A stretch of DNA of 54,742 bases from a virus (taxonomy: Duplodnaviria > Caudoviricetes), in IMG/VR virus record IMGVR_UViG_3300037332_000228, positions 1 through 54,742 of that record. One strand, given 5' to 3'. The position numbers and the translations under genes are program-made. Positions 11,954 to 23,094 of the stretch are shown here, in pieces (the first letter of the stretch is position 1; every line of letters begins with the position of its first letter). Below the pieces are notes generated by a model. It was not told the DNA's origin, did not search any database, and worked only from the letters and a program-made list of their open reading frames with translations.

Positions 11954-12965
11954 AATTGGCATTACCATTGGTAAATTTATGCCGCTTCACCTCGGCCACG
12001 AGCTCTTAATTGAGTTTGGTTCTGCCATGATGGATGAGTTTTATGTTGTGGTGTCAGGCAGGGAAACAGATGAAATTCCACTCACCTTTAGATTTGAGTG
12101 GGTCGAGTCATTTGTCGAAAAGAGCAGACTGAAAAATGTAACTGTGGTATATCACGTGGATGAGTCACCAACTCCTATTGATGTCGACGAACATGGGACA
12201 GTGCTGGACATTGAGTTTCAACAATATTGGGTTACAGAGTTCAATAAGATTGCACCCAATGCAACCCACTTTGTTTCCAGTGATCGTTATGGTAAGGCCA
12301 TGGCTGATGTCATGAGAATTAAATGGCTTCCTGTTGATCCTGATCGAGAAACAGTGAACATTTCAGCAACCAAAATCAGAAACCAACCCGCCTTCAACTA
12401 TCAAATGATTTCTGATGTGGCCAAGCCTTATTTTCAGAAACGGATTGCCGTCATTGGCGCAGAGAGTACAGGAAAGTCCACTATTGTCAAATACTTGGCT
12501 GAACTGTTCAGCACATTAGCAGCACATGAATATGGTCGCACTGTTAGTGAAACACGGAACAGTTCCTTCAATGTAGACGACTTCCATCAGATCTATCAGG
12601 GACAGAGAGCATTGATTGAAAGTTCAGCATGTAAGGCAAATGACATAGTGTTTACTGACACCGAGGCATTCACCACATATCTGTTTGGTAAATTGTATCT
12701 TGGTATGGATTTCACAGAAATGTTTGACTATGCAGTGTATGAACAGCAAATTGATCTTTATATTATTCTTGCTCCAACTGTGCCATGGATTCAGGACGGG
12801 GACAGGATTCTTGACAAACAAACAGACCGAGAGAAATTTCATAATGGACTCGTAAACTTTGTTGAAGAGTATAACAAGCCACATGTAATCATCGACCAGA
12901 AGCATTGGAGTGATAGAACGTACATGTCTATTAACGCAGTTGAACGGTTGAGAGAACCAAACTAA
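11946..12965 (+). CDS. nadR: NadR-like NMN adenylyltransferase / ribosylnicotinamide kinase (no HTH)
   Basis: GKFMPLHLGH (HxGH), ISATKIR, Walker A GAESTGKST, EYGR and DTE motifs. Confidence 0.92.
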   Translation: MNKIGITIGKFMPLHLGHELLIEFGSAMMDEFYVVVSGRETDEIPLTFRFEWVESFVEKSRLKNVTVVYHVDESPTPIDVDEHGTVLDIEFQQYWVTEFNKIAPNATHFVSSDRYGKAMADVMRIKWLPVDPDRETVNISATKIRNQPAFNYQMISDVAKPYFQKRIAVIGAESTGKSTIVKYLAELFSTLAAHEYGRTVSETRNSSFNVDDFHQIYQGQRALIESSACKANDIVFTDTEAFTTYLFGKLYLGMDFTEMFDYAVYEQQIDLYIILAPTVPWIQDGDRILDKQTDREKFHNGLVNFVEEYNKPHVIIDQKHWSDRTYMSINAVERLREPN

Positions 12966-13093
12966 TCGATTGCAAAATTCTTTAATTGACATTGCCTCTT
13001 ACTTAGTATAAGATAAAGTACAAGCAATTGGGAAAACAATTCTCATTCCAAAGTACCTAATGAAATACGTCAAAATGAAACAGGAAAGACACA

Positions 13094-15100
13094 ATGAATA
13101 ACTTCAAACACTTTGCAGATCTAGTGAATAAACAAATTTCATATATGTCAGATCATGGTGATTTGTACATCAGTGATGCTGACAAAAATGAACTTTGGGA
13201 TCTATATCTCAGTTCATTCCCAGAAGGCACCAATGAGATCTACAAAGAACGAACTGAGCATGACTGTAATTGCTGTAAGCATTTTGTCCGAAACATTGCC
13301 AACATGGTTGCAATTTCAAATAGTGAAATCACCACAGTGTGGGACACGGCTGAAGAACATGCCAAATACCCATTTAATATTGTCGCGGGCAAGCTGGCAG
13401 AACGAGTGCGCGGGTCCAAAATTGAAACAGTATTTTTTAAGCAAGAAGAAAAATATGGGACTCCCACCAGTGTTCAACTCGCCGATGATATGTCAACTGT
13501 GACCTGGGACCACTTTCACGTGAAATTGGATAAGAAGCATGTGAAATTGGATGCTGCCACGCTGCAATCAGATGCGAATTCCAAGGCGCAGGTGCTGCGG
13601 CGATCACTCGATGAACTATCCAAATCTGCTGTTGAATCTGTACAGGAATTAATCAATGAAAATTCCATATATCGTGGCGCAGAGTTCAAGTCTGCGGTTG
13701 ACGAATTCGCCAAACTTAAAACTGCATATGATCAATTGAACTCACAAACATCACGTGATCTTTTTGTATGGAAACATGTGAACAGTTTTGTCTCCAGATT
13801 CAAAAATACAGTGATTGGTACTCTGGTTGAAGATATTTCAACAGGCGTCGATTTGGAACATGCTGTTCGATCATATGAAACCAAGGTTGCTCCCACTAAC
13901 TATAAGCGCCCAAAGAGTTTGATTACCCCTTCCATGATCAAGGCCGCGATGAAGACCGTTGATGATCTTGCAATTGAGCCCAGTCTACATCGCCGCCACG
14001 CTGCGCTGTCAGATGTGTCAGTGAACAATGTACTATATGTCAATACCAAAAGCCGCGCCAAGATGCGAGACACGGGTAGTATTTCTGACATGCTCATGGG
14101 CGAATCCAAAGCCAAGAAGCCTAAGACTCAACCGGCCATGGGTATTTCAATTCAGGACTTTGTGGACAATATTGTTCCGATGTCAAGTGAAATTGCTGTT
14201 GAATTTAAAAATTCCATGGTTGGCAACTTGATGAGCGTGACTGCTCCCAAGACGGCAACTGCCCCTAGTATTTTTAAATGGGATAACAATTTTGCATGGA
14301 GTTATAATGGCAACGTCACTGACTCAATTAAAGAAAAAGTCAAACGTGCCGGTGGTAACGTGGATGCAGTCATGCGAGTCAGTCTCAATTGGTTTAACAC
14401 AGACGATCTTGATATTCAAGTTCATGAACCAAATGACAATCACATCTACTTTGGTAACAAAGACAACAAACTTGATATTGACATGAATGCAGGGTACGGC
14501 AAAGTTCGCGATGCAGTGGAAAACGTACAATGGCGATCAACCCCACGTGACGGTATTTACAGAGTTCGCGTACATAACTTCGCCAAACGAGAATCGATTG
14601 ATGTTGGATTCAACCTGCAAGTGGAATTTGATGGAGTAATTTATGATTATTCATATGATAAACCTGCCACTGGGTATATTGATTCACTGCGTATTCATGT
14701 CGTCAATGGCAAATTGGATAAGATTGTTAAAGACAAGTCAATTCTGGACCATAGTAGTTCACAGGATGCATGGGGGATTTCCACCGAAAGCTTCGTGCCA
14801 GTCAATACTGTAATTGCAAGTCCAAACCACTGGGATGACAATAAATCAGGCAATAAGCATTGGTTCTTTATTGTGGAAAATTGTCTAAATCCTGAACCGG
14901 TTCGGGGTATCTATAATGAATACTTATCCTCAGATCTTGATAAGCATCGCAAAGTGTTTGAAATCTTGGGAGACAAACTTAAATGTGATTTCTCAGAGAA
15001 TCAAATGAGTGGGTTTGGGTTCTCGTCTACAAAGCAAGAGTCAGTGGTTGCCCGCGTGACAACTGCTACATCAACCAAACTATATAATATCAATTTTTAA
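13094..15100 (+). CDS. large conserved phage protein with a YfaP/DUF2135-like C-terminal segment
   Basis: 668 aa; HDCNCCKHF; W.NTDDLDI.V.EP..LDID..AVENV motif; promoter TTGACA at 12986. Confidence 0.7.
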   Translation: MNNFKHFADLVNKQISYMSDHGDLYISDADKNELWDLYLSSFPEGTNEIYKERTEHDCNCCKHFVRNIANMVAISNSEITTVWDTAEEHAKYPFNIVAGKLAERVRGSKIETVFFKQEEKYGTPTSVQLADDMSTVTWDHFHVKLDKKHVKLDAATLQSDANSKAQVLRRSLDELSKSAVESVQELINENSIYRGAEFKSAVDEFAKLKTAYDQLNSQTSRDLFVWKHVNSFVSRFKNTVIGTLVEDISTGVDLEHAVRSYETKVAPTNYKRPKSLITPSMIKAAMKTVDDLAIEPSLHRRHAALSDVSVNNVLYVNTKSRAKMRDTGSISDMLMGESKAKKPKTQPAMGISIQDFVDNIVPMSSEIAVEFKNSMVGNLMSVTAPKTATAPSIFKWDNNFAWSYNGNVTDSIKEKVKRAGGNVDAVMRVSLNWFNTDDLDIQVHEPNDNHIYFGNKDNKLDIDMNAGYGKVRDAVENVQWRSTPRDGIYRVRVHNFAKRESIDVGFNLQVEFDGVIYDYSYDKPATGYIDSLRIHVVNGKLDKIVKDKSILDHSSSQDAWGISTESFVPVNTVIASPNHWDDNKSGNKHWFFIVENCLNPEPVRGIYNEYLSSDLDKHRKVFEILGDKLKCDFSENQMSGFGFSSTKQESVVARVTTATSTKLYNINF

Positions 15101-15111
15101 AGGAATAAAAT

Positions 15112-16015
15112 ATGACCAAGTTAGACTGGGCCAAGACTGAACTGGAGTTTGCAGGATATCCTGCAAACGATCCAGAAGATGGACCAAATAAATGGCTTCG
15201 TGAAGGCACTCTGGAACTTTTGGAAGTATTCAGTACACAAGGACACAGCGGATCATCTGCACCATTTGCCCTCAATCTATTCTCAAAATTGGCAGCATAT
15301 AAACCATTGACTCCTCTGACCGGGAATGATTCTGAATGGATGGAAGTGTCTGATGATGGGATTTGTCAGAATGTACGGGACGGATCAGTATTCCGTGGGG
15401 CTGATGGACAAGCATATTGGCTGGATGGTGTTGTATTCTGGGAATGGCATTCAGCTGATGACATGTATGATGGTGAACCATTCAAGACATACTTTACATC
15501 CATTGACAGTCATGTTAATATTGAGTTTCCGTGGTGTCAACCTGAGAGTTCAGAATACAAGTTCCGACCAAGTGACGAATACCCAAATGAACAATTAACC
15601 CAAGTAGGAGAATAAGACTATGAATATTTTTGAAAATGCAACCCGCAAGAACTATATGTTTGCCAGCAAAGTTGGAGAACTCAATGTGATCATGCTATGG
15701 GAACTGCCTTTGACGTCAACGCGGCAGGCGTGTCTCAATGATGTGGCCAAGGGCATTAATGCTCAACTCAAAGCAGAACAAGAGGACAGCTTCGTTGAAG
15801 TGTCTACCAACGCGAAGAAGGCAGAGCTTGAGGCCAAGTTGGAAATCGTCAAGCATGTGATCGCAGTCAAGATGCAAGAGAACGCGGACCGTACCGAGGC
15901 GGCTGAGAAGCATGCTCGCAAGGCACAACTCACAGAACTACTGGCTCGAAAGCGTGATCAGGTACTTGAGTCCAAGACAGTGGAAGAGATCGAAGCTGAA
16001 CTGGCAGCAATGTAA
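15112..16015 (+). CDS. two hypothetical proteins (15112..15615; coiled-coil 15620..16015)
   Basis: RBS-led ORFs; QGHSGSSA motif in the first. Confidence 0.7.
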
Positions 16016-16020
16016 ACGAA

Positions 16021-16054
16021 CTCTGGGGCGACTAGTCAAATAGTCGCCCCAGAG
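16021..16054 (+). terminator. strong hairpin terminator
   Basis: CTCTGGGGCGACTA-gtcaaa-TAGTCGCCCCAGAG. Confidence 0.75.
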
Positions 16055-16152
16055 CATTATTAGTAAGTTATATCTTGACATACAAATGTGATTATTTTAT
16101 ATTGTCAATTACAATGTAGGAGAATAATAATGCAATCCAATTATGAAATCAT

Positions 16153-16213
16153 TTAGAACAAATTAGTTGACACTACGTTCCAATTAGCTTACAACAATAT
16201 ATAATAACAAAGG
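16153..16213 (+). repeat. promoter-RBS cassette, copy A1
   Basis: TTAGAACAAA.TAGTTGACAC....TTCCAATTAGCTTA.AACAAT..ATATAATAACAAAGG, near-identical to 16970..17033. Confidence 0.8.
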
Positions 16214-16222
16214 TATTGCATA

Positions 16223-16963
16223 ATGACTGATCGAGCATCTAAATTTCAAGTGACCTTCCGAAAAAAGCAGGAAGACGGCACTGTTATCAGCAGAGAAGAA
16301 GACTGGGTCATGCGAATTCCCAATGTGGGAGAATCGGTTATGATCAATGTTGATGGCAACCAGCCTAACTTTAGCGGCGTGGTCGAGGACATTAGAACGG
16401 TTGTTGTCAACAATGGCGAATATTGGTTAAGGCCAAATGACAGCCTTGATGTATTCTGCTATTACGTTGTGACCCTATCGGTCAAAGACCTGTAGGGTCA
16501 CAATATACTTTGGCTTTGATCACACAACTCAAAAGGATAATTTAATGAACATTGATTACAGCAAACTTCCCTTTCACATGCAAGACGGAACAAGGCGTTA
16601 CATCGAGAATGGTATCCCACCAGGCGGATTCTTGTCAGCAGTAATTTGCAACGACTTGAGCGGTGCATACGGTAAAGCAGACCACCACAATCGCACTGTA
16701 ATTGAAGACTGGATTAGTTTCTTCCACAATGATGCGCCTAGGGGCTGTTCGGGAAGTGTGGTCGCATTTAACGATTGGTGCAGTTCAGGTGGAACGATGA
16801 AAGGTGTTATGACATGAACGATTATCAAAAATTAAAAGATGTTCTTAAGAAACTGATCCAAGAACAGAGTGAAGGAGAATGGGACGATGCAACTGTCAAA
16901 TCTGATGTTGTAATTTTCGCATTGAAAATTAGCCAAACATTTCCGGAGTTGTTTAACAAATGA
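16223..16963 (+). CDS. three hypothetical proteins (16223..16495, 16545..16817, ~16814..16963)
   Basis: RBS-led ORFs; the second has RYIENGIPPGGFLSAV..NDL, a widespread phage hypothetical motif. Confidence 0.6.
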
Positions 16964-16969
16964 AAACAG

Positions 16970-17033
16970 TTAGAACAAAGTAGTTGACACCATATTCCAA
17001 TTAGCTTATAACAATAGATATAATAACAAAAGG
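16970..17033 (+). repeat. promoter-RBS cassette, copy A2
   Basis: Near-identical to 16153..16213; TTGACA at 16984. Confidence 0.8.
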
Positions 17034-17041
17034 ACGATGCA

Positions 17042-17623
17042 ATGAAAGTTTACATTTATTTAAATAACTGGCAGATTGATTATGGGACGTTCGGTACTGA
17101 TATCGTCTGGGTGTCAGATCGACTACATCCACCATATTCCAGATCTGAAATTAATGTATGTGATCAAGTGGAGTTTTGGGAAGATGGGATCAAACAATGG
17201 TCCAAGGAACATGACGGGGAAATGTCACCAAATTGGATCTGATAAATAGGAGTCTACATAATGCAGAAGACTAAGCTTGCATTTATGGATGCAGAAACAA
17301 AAGAATACTTTGTCAATGATAAATTTGACAAGTTTATTTTTTCATTGGACATCAACAAGGCAAAACTTTACTATAGAGTTCCCGGAGTCCTCGGAATATT
17401 TGAGTGGGTCAGGATCCGAACAAAAACAAAAAGACTATTGACATTGGTCGACGTTGAAGTTAAACTTGATAATACAGGTACATCACAGTATCTCGATGAA
17501 TTACGCGATGACCGACTCAAAGAGTTCCAGCAGCTGGATCTATTGGCAACAAAGAATTTGGAAGAAATGGAGACATCGTCATATTATCGGTGGCGCACGC
17601 TAAGGAAAGAATTTACAACTTAA
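17042..17623 (+). CDS. two hypothetical proteins (17042..17242, 17261..17623)
   Basis: RBS-led ORFs. Confidence 0.55.
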
Positions 17624-17644
17624 TTAACCAAAGGAGTTTTGGTA

Positions 17645-18658
17645 ATGACTAAAGAATTTGATACACTTGTAACGGTAATGAGGATGCAACCGTTCCACCT
17701 CGGTCACCAAGCAGTGATTGACGCTGCATTGAAAAATGCACATGAAGTAGTAGTGGTAATTGGATCCAGTTTCCAACCACGAACCACAAAAAACCCATTT
17801 ACATTTGAAGAACGCGAAGCCATGGTGCTTGCATGTTATCCTGATCAACCAGTCCGAGTGGTTGGTGTTCGGGACTATCCTTATGACGATAATGCTTGGG
17901 TGTCTGCTGTTCAATATGCAGTGGATTCGGTTAAGACTGGTACTCGAACAGGGTTGATTGGGCACTCCAAAGATTCAAGTTCATACTACTTGAAAATCTT
18001 TCCAAATTGGCGGAAACATGTGGAGGTTGAAAATTATCAGGGTATTAACGCAACTGATATCCGAGCAGATTTATTCTCCAATGGGATACACTTCATTGGT
18101 GGTGATTTGATGCCGACACCAGCCCTCAAATCCATGTCGATCTCGTTGTTGGAAGGAACATGGTGGTCTGAACTCAAAGAGGAATATACGCAGATTAAAG
18201 CATACCATGAGGAATGGCAAGTGGCACCAAAACCACCAACCTTTGTGACAACAGATGCAGTGATTGTACAATCTGCTCATGTATTGTTAATCAAGCGTGG
18301 TAACTTCCCGTTCAAAGGGTGTTGGGCATTGCCAGGTGGGTACCTCGAAAAAGACAAGACAATTGAGGGAAACATGATCAAAGAACTCAGAGAAGAAACG
18401 TGCATCAAACTTCCTGCCAAGGTTCTTAAAGGTTCCATCAAGTCAACTCAAGTGTTTGATCACCCTGAACGTGATCCCAGAGGTCGTACCGTTACACACG
18501 CCTTTTATATTGATCTTGGATTTCCAGATGAAAAACTGCCCCGTGTAAAGGGAGCAGACGATGCAGTCCACGCAGAATGGGTTCCTCTCAGCCAAGTATC
18601 AAGTGACAACATGGCGTTTGACCACTACTCTATTATTTCACACTTTGTAAAAATTTGA
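17645..18658 (+). CDS. bifunctional NMN adenylyltransferase / Nudix hydrolase (NadM-Nudix, NatV-like)
   Basis: RMQPFHLGH, NPFT..ER, NATDIR; Nudix box WALPGG...ELREET; RDPRGR and FDH motifs. Confidence 0.93.
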   Translation: MTKEFDTLVTVMRMQPFHLGHQAVIDAALKNAHEVVVVIGSSFQPRTTKNPFTFEEREAMVLACYPDQPVRVVGVRDYPYDDNAWVSAVQYAVDSVKTGTRTGLIGHSKDSSSYYLKIFPNWRKHVEVENYQGINATDIRADLFSNGIHFIGGDLMPTPALKSMSISLLEGTWWSELKEEYTQIKAYHEEWQVAPKPPTFVTTDAVIVQSAHVLLIKRGNFPFKGCWALPGGYLEKDKTIEGNMIKELREETCIKLPAKVLKGSIKSTQVFDHPERDPRGRTVTHAFYIDLGFPDEKLPRVKGADDAVHAEWVPLSQVSSDNMAFDHYSIISHFVKI

Positions 18659-18889
18659 GGGTAATTATAGATGAAAACGTTTAAATGGGTGTTGGCCGCA
18701 AGTGGAGGGTTCTTTGTTTTATATGGAAGTGTATTCTATAGCACACCTTACCCAGTACTAATAGGAGTCGCATGTCTCATGTATCTGGCGTATATTCATT
18801 ATACTGATAATGACAAATAAGTTCTAATGAATTCAGTTGATATTGAAATATGAGTGTGCTAGTTTGGTAACAACAACAAGGAAGAAACA

Positions 18890-20888
18890 ATGGAAAATTT
18901 AATCAAGGCACTACAGATGATTCAATCCAAGATGACAAAGGATGTTGCATTTCCAACATGTTGTGATCATGACGTACTCAGAGTATTTGCAGGAATTGAT
19001 CCTTCACACTTTACATTGGAAGAACTCGATCAATTGACAGACTGGGGATTCGATTGGGATGATGACGACGAATGTTTCGAGTCCAGCTGGTACGGGAGTT
19101 GCTGACATGCCATATGGTGATTATGATGGACCTGACAAACCAGACAAGGGATTGAAACATGGGAGTTGCAACCGAACACGGTGTCAGGACTCCCCAGCAA
19201 TACATTACAACCACGGATCATATGCATGGTATTGTACTGGGTGTATGCTTGAGATAAATGATGCGTGGGCAAGGGATAATTGGGCACGAAATTTTTCAGC
19301 CCATAATCATCCACAATTTGAAACAAATGAACAAATGATAGACCGCGGCGCATTGAGCGAGAAAACAAAAGGAAATTGAAATGACAACAGTGGGCGAACT
19401 CATTAAACGATTGGCAGACTTTGATCTGGGCATGCCTGTTTATTTTGAAACAGTCAATGATAACTCAGCAGAAATGAAATCAATTGACGACAATCTTTAT
19501 TCTGGCCATGGAAGATACCGTGGCGTTTACATTGAATTGGATGAGGGACAAAAATGAAACGAACAGTTAGAATTGCATTGAGAATGATTGGACTACCTTT
19601 GATTATATCTTTTCAGATGTTAGTGGCAGTGAGTACATTGATTTACATGTTAAAGGACTAAATCTTTGAAACCCCTGGGAAATTTTATTCCTCTACTGAT
19701 TGGCTCCGCGACGAGGTCCAAAATTTCAAACAGTTCTGGTGGTCGTTTTTCAAATGAACGTATATACGAAGTGGAATACGTGTCCAATGAAGGCGGCAAA
19801 TTTGGAGAGTATGTTGTTGCTGAAGACGAATGTGACGCCATGGATCTTGTGGCAAACAATTTTTACTTTATGTACATAGTATCTTGTGAATATATTCGAG
19901 CGGCCACAGATGAAGAAATCAGAATAGGAGAAGTATATGACTCTGCGTAAAATACCGCTCAAACCGCTGGAAAATGTATATGGTGACAAGCAATTCGATT
20001 ACAAATATGTTGATGCCATGAAACCTAGGCTGGTCAGACACCAAGAACTGCTTCGGATCGCACAGACTGGCCCGATCATTATCAATTGGGAGGGCTACTT
20101 TGTTTATACAAAAGATCTCAGAGAATTGGTCAAAATGAAGGCTTTGGTTATGAAACGCGACTACATATCAACCCGAAGGAAAATGAGCAAGTTGCACATT
20201 ACCGAACTGGGACAAACACTTTTAGGAGAAACAAAATGACAATCAATATTGAAATTTCAGGACATTCAGGCGTAGGAAAAACCACAGTGGCCGCCTATAT
20301 CAATCGAATCCTCAACGATCATGGCTTTGACGTAACGGTGACAGATGATGATAAGCAAGCGGTATTCGACTCAAAGGCCACTGACGAAGCACTGGCTCGA
20401 ATCACAACACAGCCTATTAAAATCACCTGCAAGCAATTGCCAAGAAACACACTGGATATGACAATATGAAAACATTACACAACAAAGGATGGCTTCTTAA
20501 AATCTCTTCATGGGAAAATGATGGAGATCATAAAAACACTGTTGAATTGGCAGCGAACAGTTCTGAAAAGGCAAAGCAGATGTTTGAATTTGCAAGTCTT
20601 TTTAAAGATACTGAAAGATCTAATCGTATCGGGAACATATATGAACCAGATGATCGAGATATTCAAAATATCTTGCGAGTAGCAAATGCCTTTATTGTAA
20701 AATACCCCGGGTTCATCGAAACCCAAGACGGAGACGACGATGAACTGATTGTAGAATGTTTCATCGAAACAGCATATGACTACGGCCTTACTAGAGGCGA
20801 GCAATATACTAGACTGTGTGAAACAGTAAAAGTTCTATATTTTCCAGAAGATGTACTTTATGAAGATGTAACAAAAGAATATCGTTGA
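18890..20888 (+). CDS. cluster of small hypothetical genes (incl. 18890..19105, ~19107..19379, 19937..20239, 20236..20469 with P-loop GHSGVGKT, 20466..20888)
   Basis: Co-oriented, overlapping start/stop codons with RBS. Confidence 0.55.
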
Positions 20889-20913
20889 CAAACAACATGA
20901 CATGTGTTATAAA
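20885..20913 (+). promoter_or_regulatory. sigma70-type promoter of NAMPT
   Basis: TTGACA-17-TATAAA. Confidence 0.65.
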
Positions 20914-20944
20914 TAACAATATCATTAACTAGAGGAGTTCTATA

Positions 20945-21721
20945 ATGAAAAATATTCTAAGCCTGCTTACTTCCATCATGCGTACCGATGGATACAAAAC
21001 TTCACAATTCTTACAATACCCAGCTGATACCCAATACATCAGCTCATATATTGAATCGCGCGGCGGCGCTGACACCAGTGTATTCTTTGGTCTACAAGCA
21101 TTCATCAAAGACTACATGCAAACCCCCATTACTCAATCTGATATCAACTTTGCAGAAGCAGTTTTTACAAAGTATGGTACTCCCTTCAACCGAGCGGGGT
21201 GGGAGATCATCGTCAACGAGTTTGATGGATATCTGCCACTGGAGATTGAAGCGGTTCCAGAAGGTACTGTGATGGCAACCAGAAACATCCAAGTTCAAGT
21301 TGTAAATACTGATCCCAGAATGGGATGGTTGACATCATATGTTGAGACTGCTCTGCTACGTGGGGTATGGTATCCTTCAACTGTGGCAACCAAGTCACGT
21401 GATATGAAGGTGATGATTGCACAAGCACTGTTCAAGTCCAGTGACATTCCAGTTGATATTCTAATGGGGCCTGTGTTGAATTTCACTCTCAATGATTTTG
21501 GTGCTCGTGGGGCAAGTTCAACAGAAACAGCCGTTCTTGGTGGGATGAGTCACCTTGTAAATTTCTGGGGCAGTGACACAATTGAGGGCATGATTGGCGC
21601 ACATGTTTACTACTCCGCTGATGTTACAGACATGTCTGCGTCTGTTGTAGCAGGGTCAATCCCTGCAAGTGAACACTCAATTTCTAGTTCATGGGCGACC
21701 GCTGCTCCGACGCCGGAATGA
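20945..21721 (+). CDS. nadV: nicotinamide phosphoribosyltransferase, N-terminal fragment
   Basis: TDGYK, FFGLQ, AVPEG, WYPSTVAT, DFGARG, GSDT and SIPASEHS motifs; stops 14 codons after the conserved His. Confidence 0.92.
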   Translation: MKNILSLLTSIMRTDGYKTSQFLQYPADTQYISSYIESRGGADTSVFFGLQAFIKDYMQTPITQSDINFAEAVFTKYGTPFNRAGWEIIVNEFDGYLPLEIEAVPEGTVMATRNIQVQVVNTDPRMGWLTSYVETALLRGVWYPSTVATKSRDMKVMIAQALFKSSDIPVDILMGPVLNFTLNDFGARGASSTETAVLGGMSHLVNFWGSDTIEGMIGAHVYYSADVTDMSASVVAGSIPASEHSISSSWATAAPTPE

Positions 21722-21730
21722 CTTAAGAAC

Positions 21731-21764
21731 ATAAATACATGCATAAAAGGAATTATGCATGTAT
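21731..21764 (+). promoter_or_regulatory. late-type promoter ATAAATA plus RBS/ATG-sequestering hairpin
   Basis: 12-bp inverted repeat ATACATGCATAA-aaggaa-TTATGCATGTAT covering the SD and ATG 21759. Confidence 0.75.
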
Positions 21765-23093
21765 TACACAATCTACAAGATAACAAACATAATGAACAAT
21801 AAAATTTATATAGGAAGACACAAAACCATGGACTTAGATGATGGCTATATGGGTTCAGGTACTCGAATCTGCGCTGCCATTAAAAAATATGGGGTTGATA
21901 ACTTCTTAAAGGAAATAATATTACAATGTGATAATTATAATGATATGATACTGCGTGAGTCTGAGATGGTGAACTCCGAGTTTGTGAAGTGCGATAGCAA
22001 TTACAACGTCATACCAGGTGGGGACGGATTTAATACTACCGGAATGGTGAGTGCAATATTGGTAGAAACTGGAGAAAATGTTTTTATTAGATCTGAAGAC
22101 TATCAAAAAAACAAGAATAAATATACCACTGCATCTTCTGGATTTGTCACGGTTTGGTGTGATATCAATGAAAAATATCATAGAATTACCACTTCTGAAT
22201 TTGACGGTGATATTCACCGTGCTATAGCCAAGGGCAGAACCTCGGTATGGAATTCTGAAAAGAATAGATTCCACAAAATCCCATCTTCTGATTACGACAG
22301 ACATATACATAGAACCCCATCAGATGGTTTCGTACGGGCGAGACGCATAGGAGAACCCCAATTTAGAAGTGTACCATGTCATGAATATAAAGAAAATAAA
22401 ACTCAATTTGAAACACCGTCCTCGGGCAAACGATCAGTGAAACATAAAGTAACTGGAGAGACATCTTCTATTGGCGTTCACGAATTCGACCAGTTTATAC
22501 ATGAAAGTGTATTCGGCGGAATCGTGGCAATGAAAAACGGAGTTCGACAATATGTAACAGCTGACGAATATTACAATGATAACAGTATGAAAGTAACTGC
22601 GTCTGGAAATGTGACAGCATATGATACAATTGAGAATAGAATAAGGCATGTTCCTTCAGAAGAATATAGACGCAATAAGTCTAGATATCTAGCAAACGGC
22701 AGTGGTACGGTTACAGTAATTGACAAGAAATCAAAAGAGCAGCTCACAATTACGACTGAAGAATTTCATAAAAACAAAGATCTTTATAACACTCCTTCTA
22801 CTGGCAAGAGAACAGTATGGTTGATAACTGATAAAGTATTTAAAAATATACTTAAAGAAGATTTTGACAGAAAATATCACGCATATGCGTCTGATAAACA
22901 TCTGATATGCACTGATGCTAGCGGTGAAGTTATCTTTGATTATTTTGGATCTAAAAGAGATTTTTGTGATTTATACCCGGAGTCATTATATAATGCGGCT
23001 AAAAAAAGTACAAAAATGTGGAAACCATATACAAGAGACAAACGACTAGAAATGTTTAATGGATGCAACTTCGAAAACAGAAAATGGAGATAA
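21759..23093 (+). mobile_element. free-standing GIY-YIG (Seg-like) homing endonuclease inside NAMPT
   Basis: YTIYKITN..NNKIYIG.H..DDGYMGSG...YN domain followed by about nine 31-33 aa degenerate repeats. Confidence 0.88.
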
Positions 23094-23094
23094 T

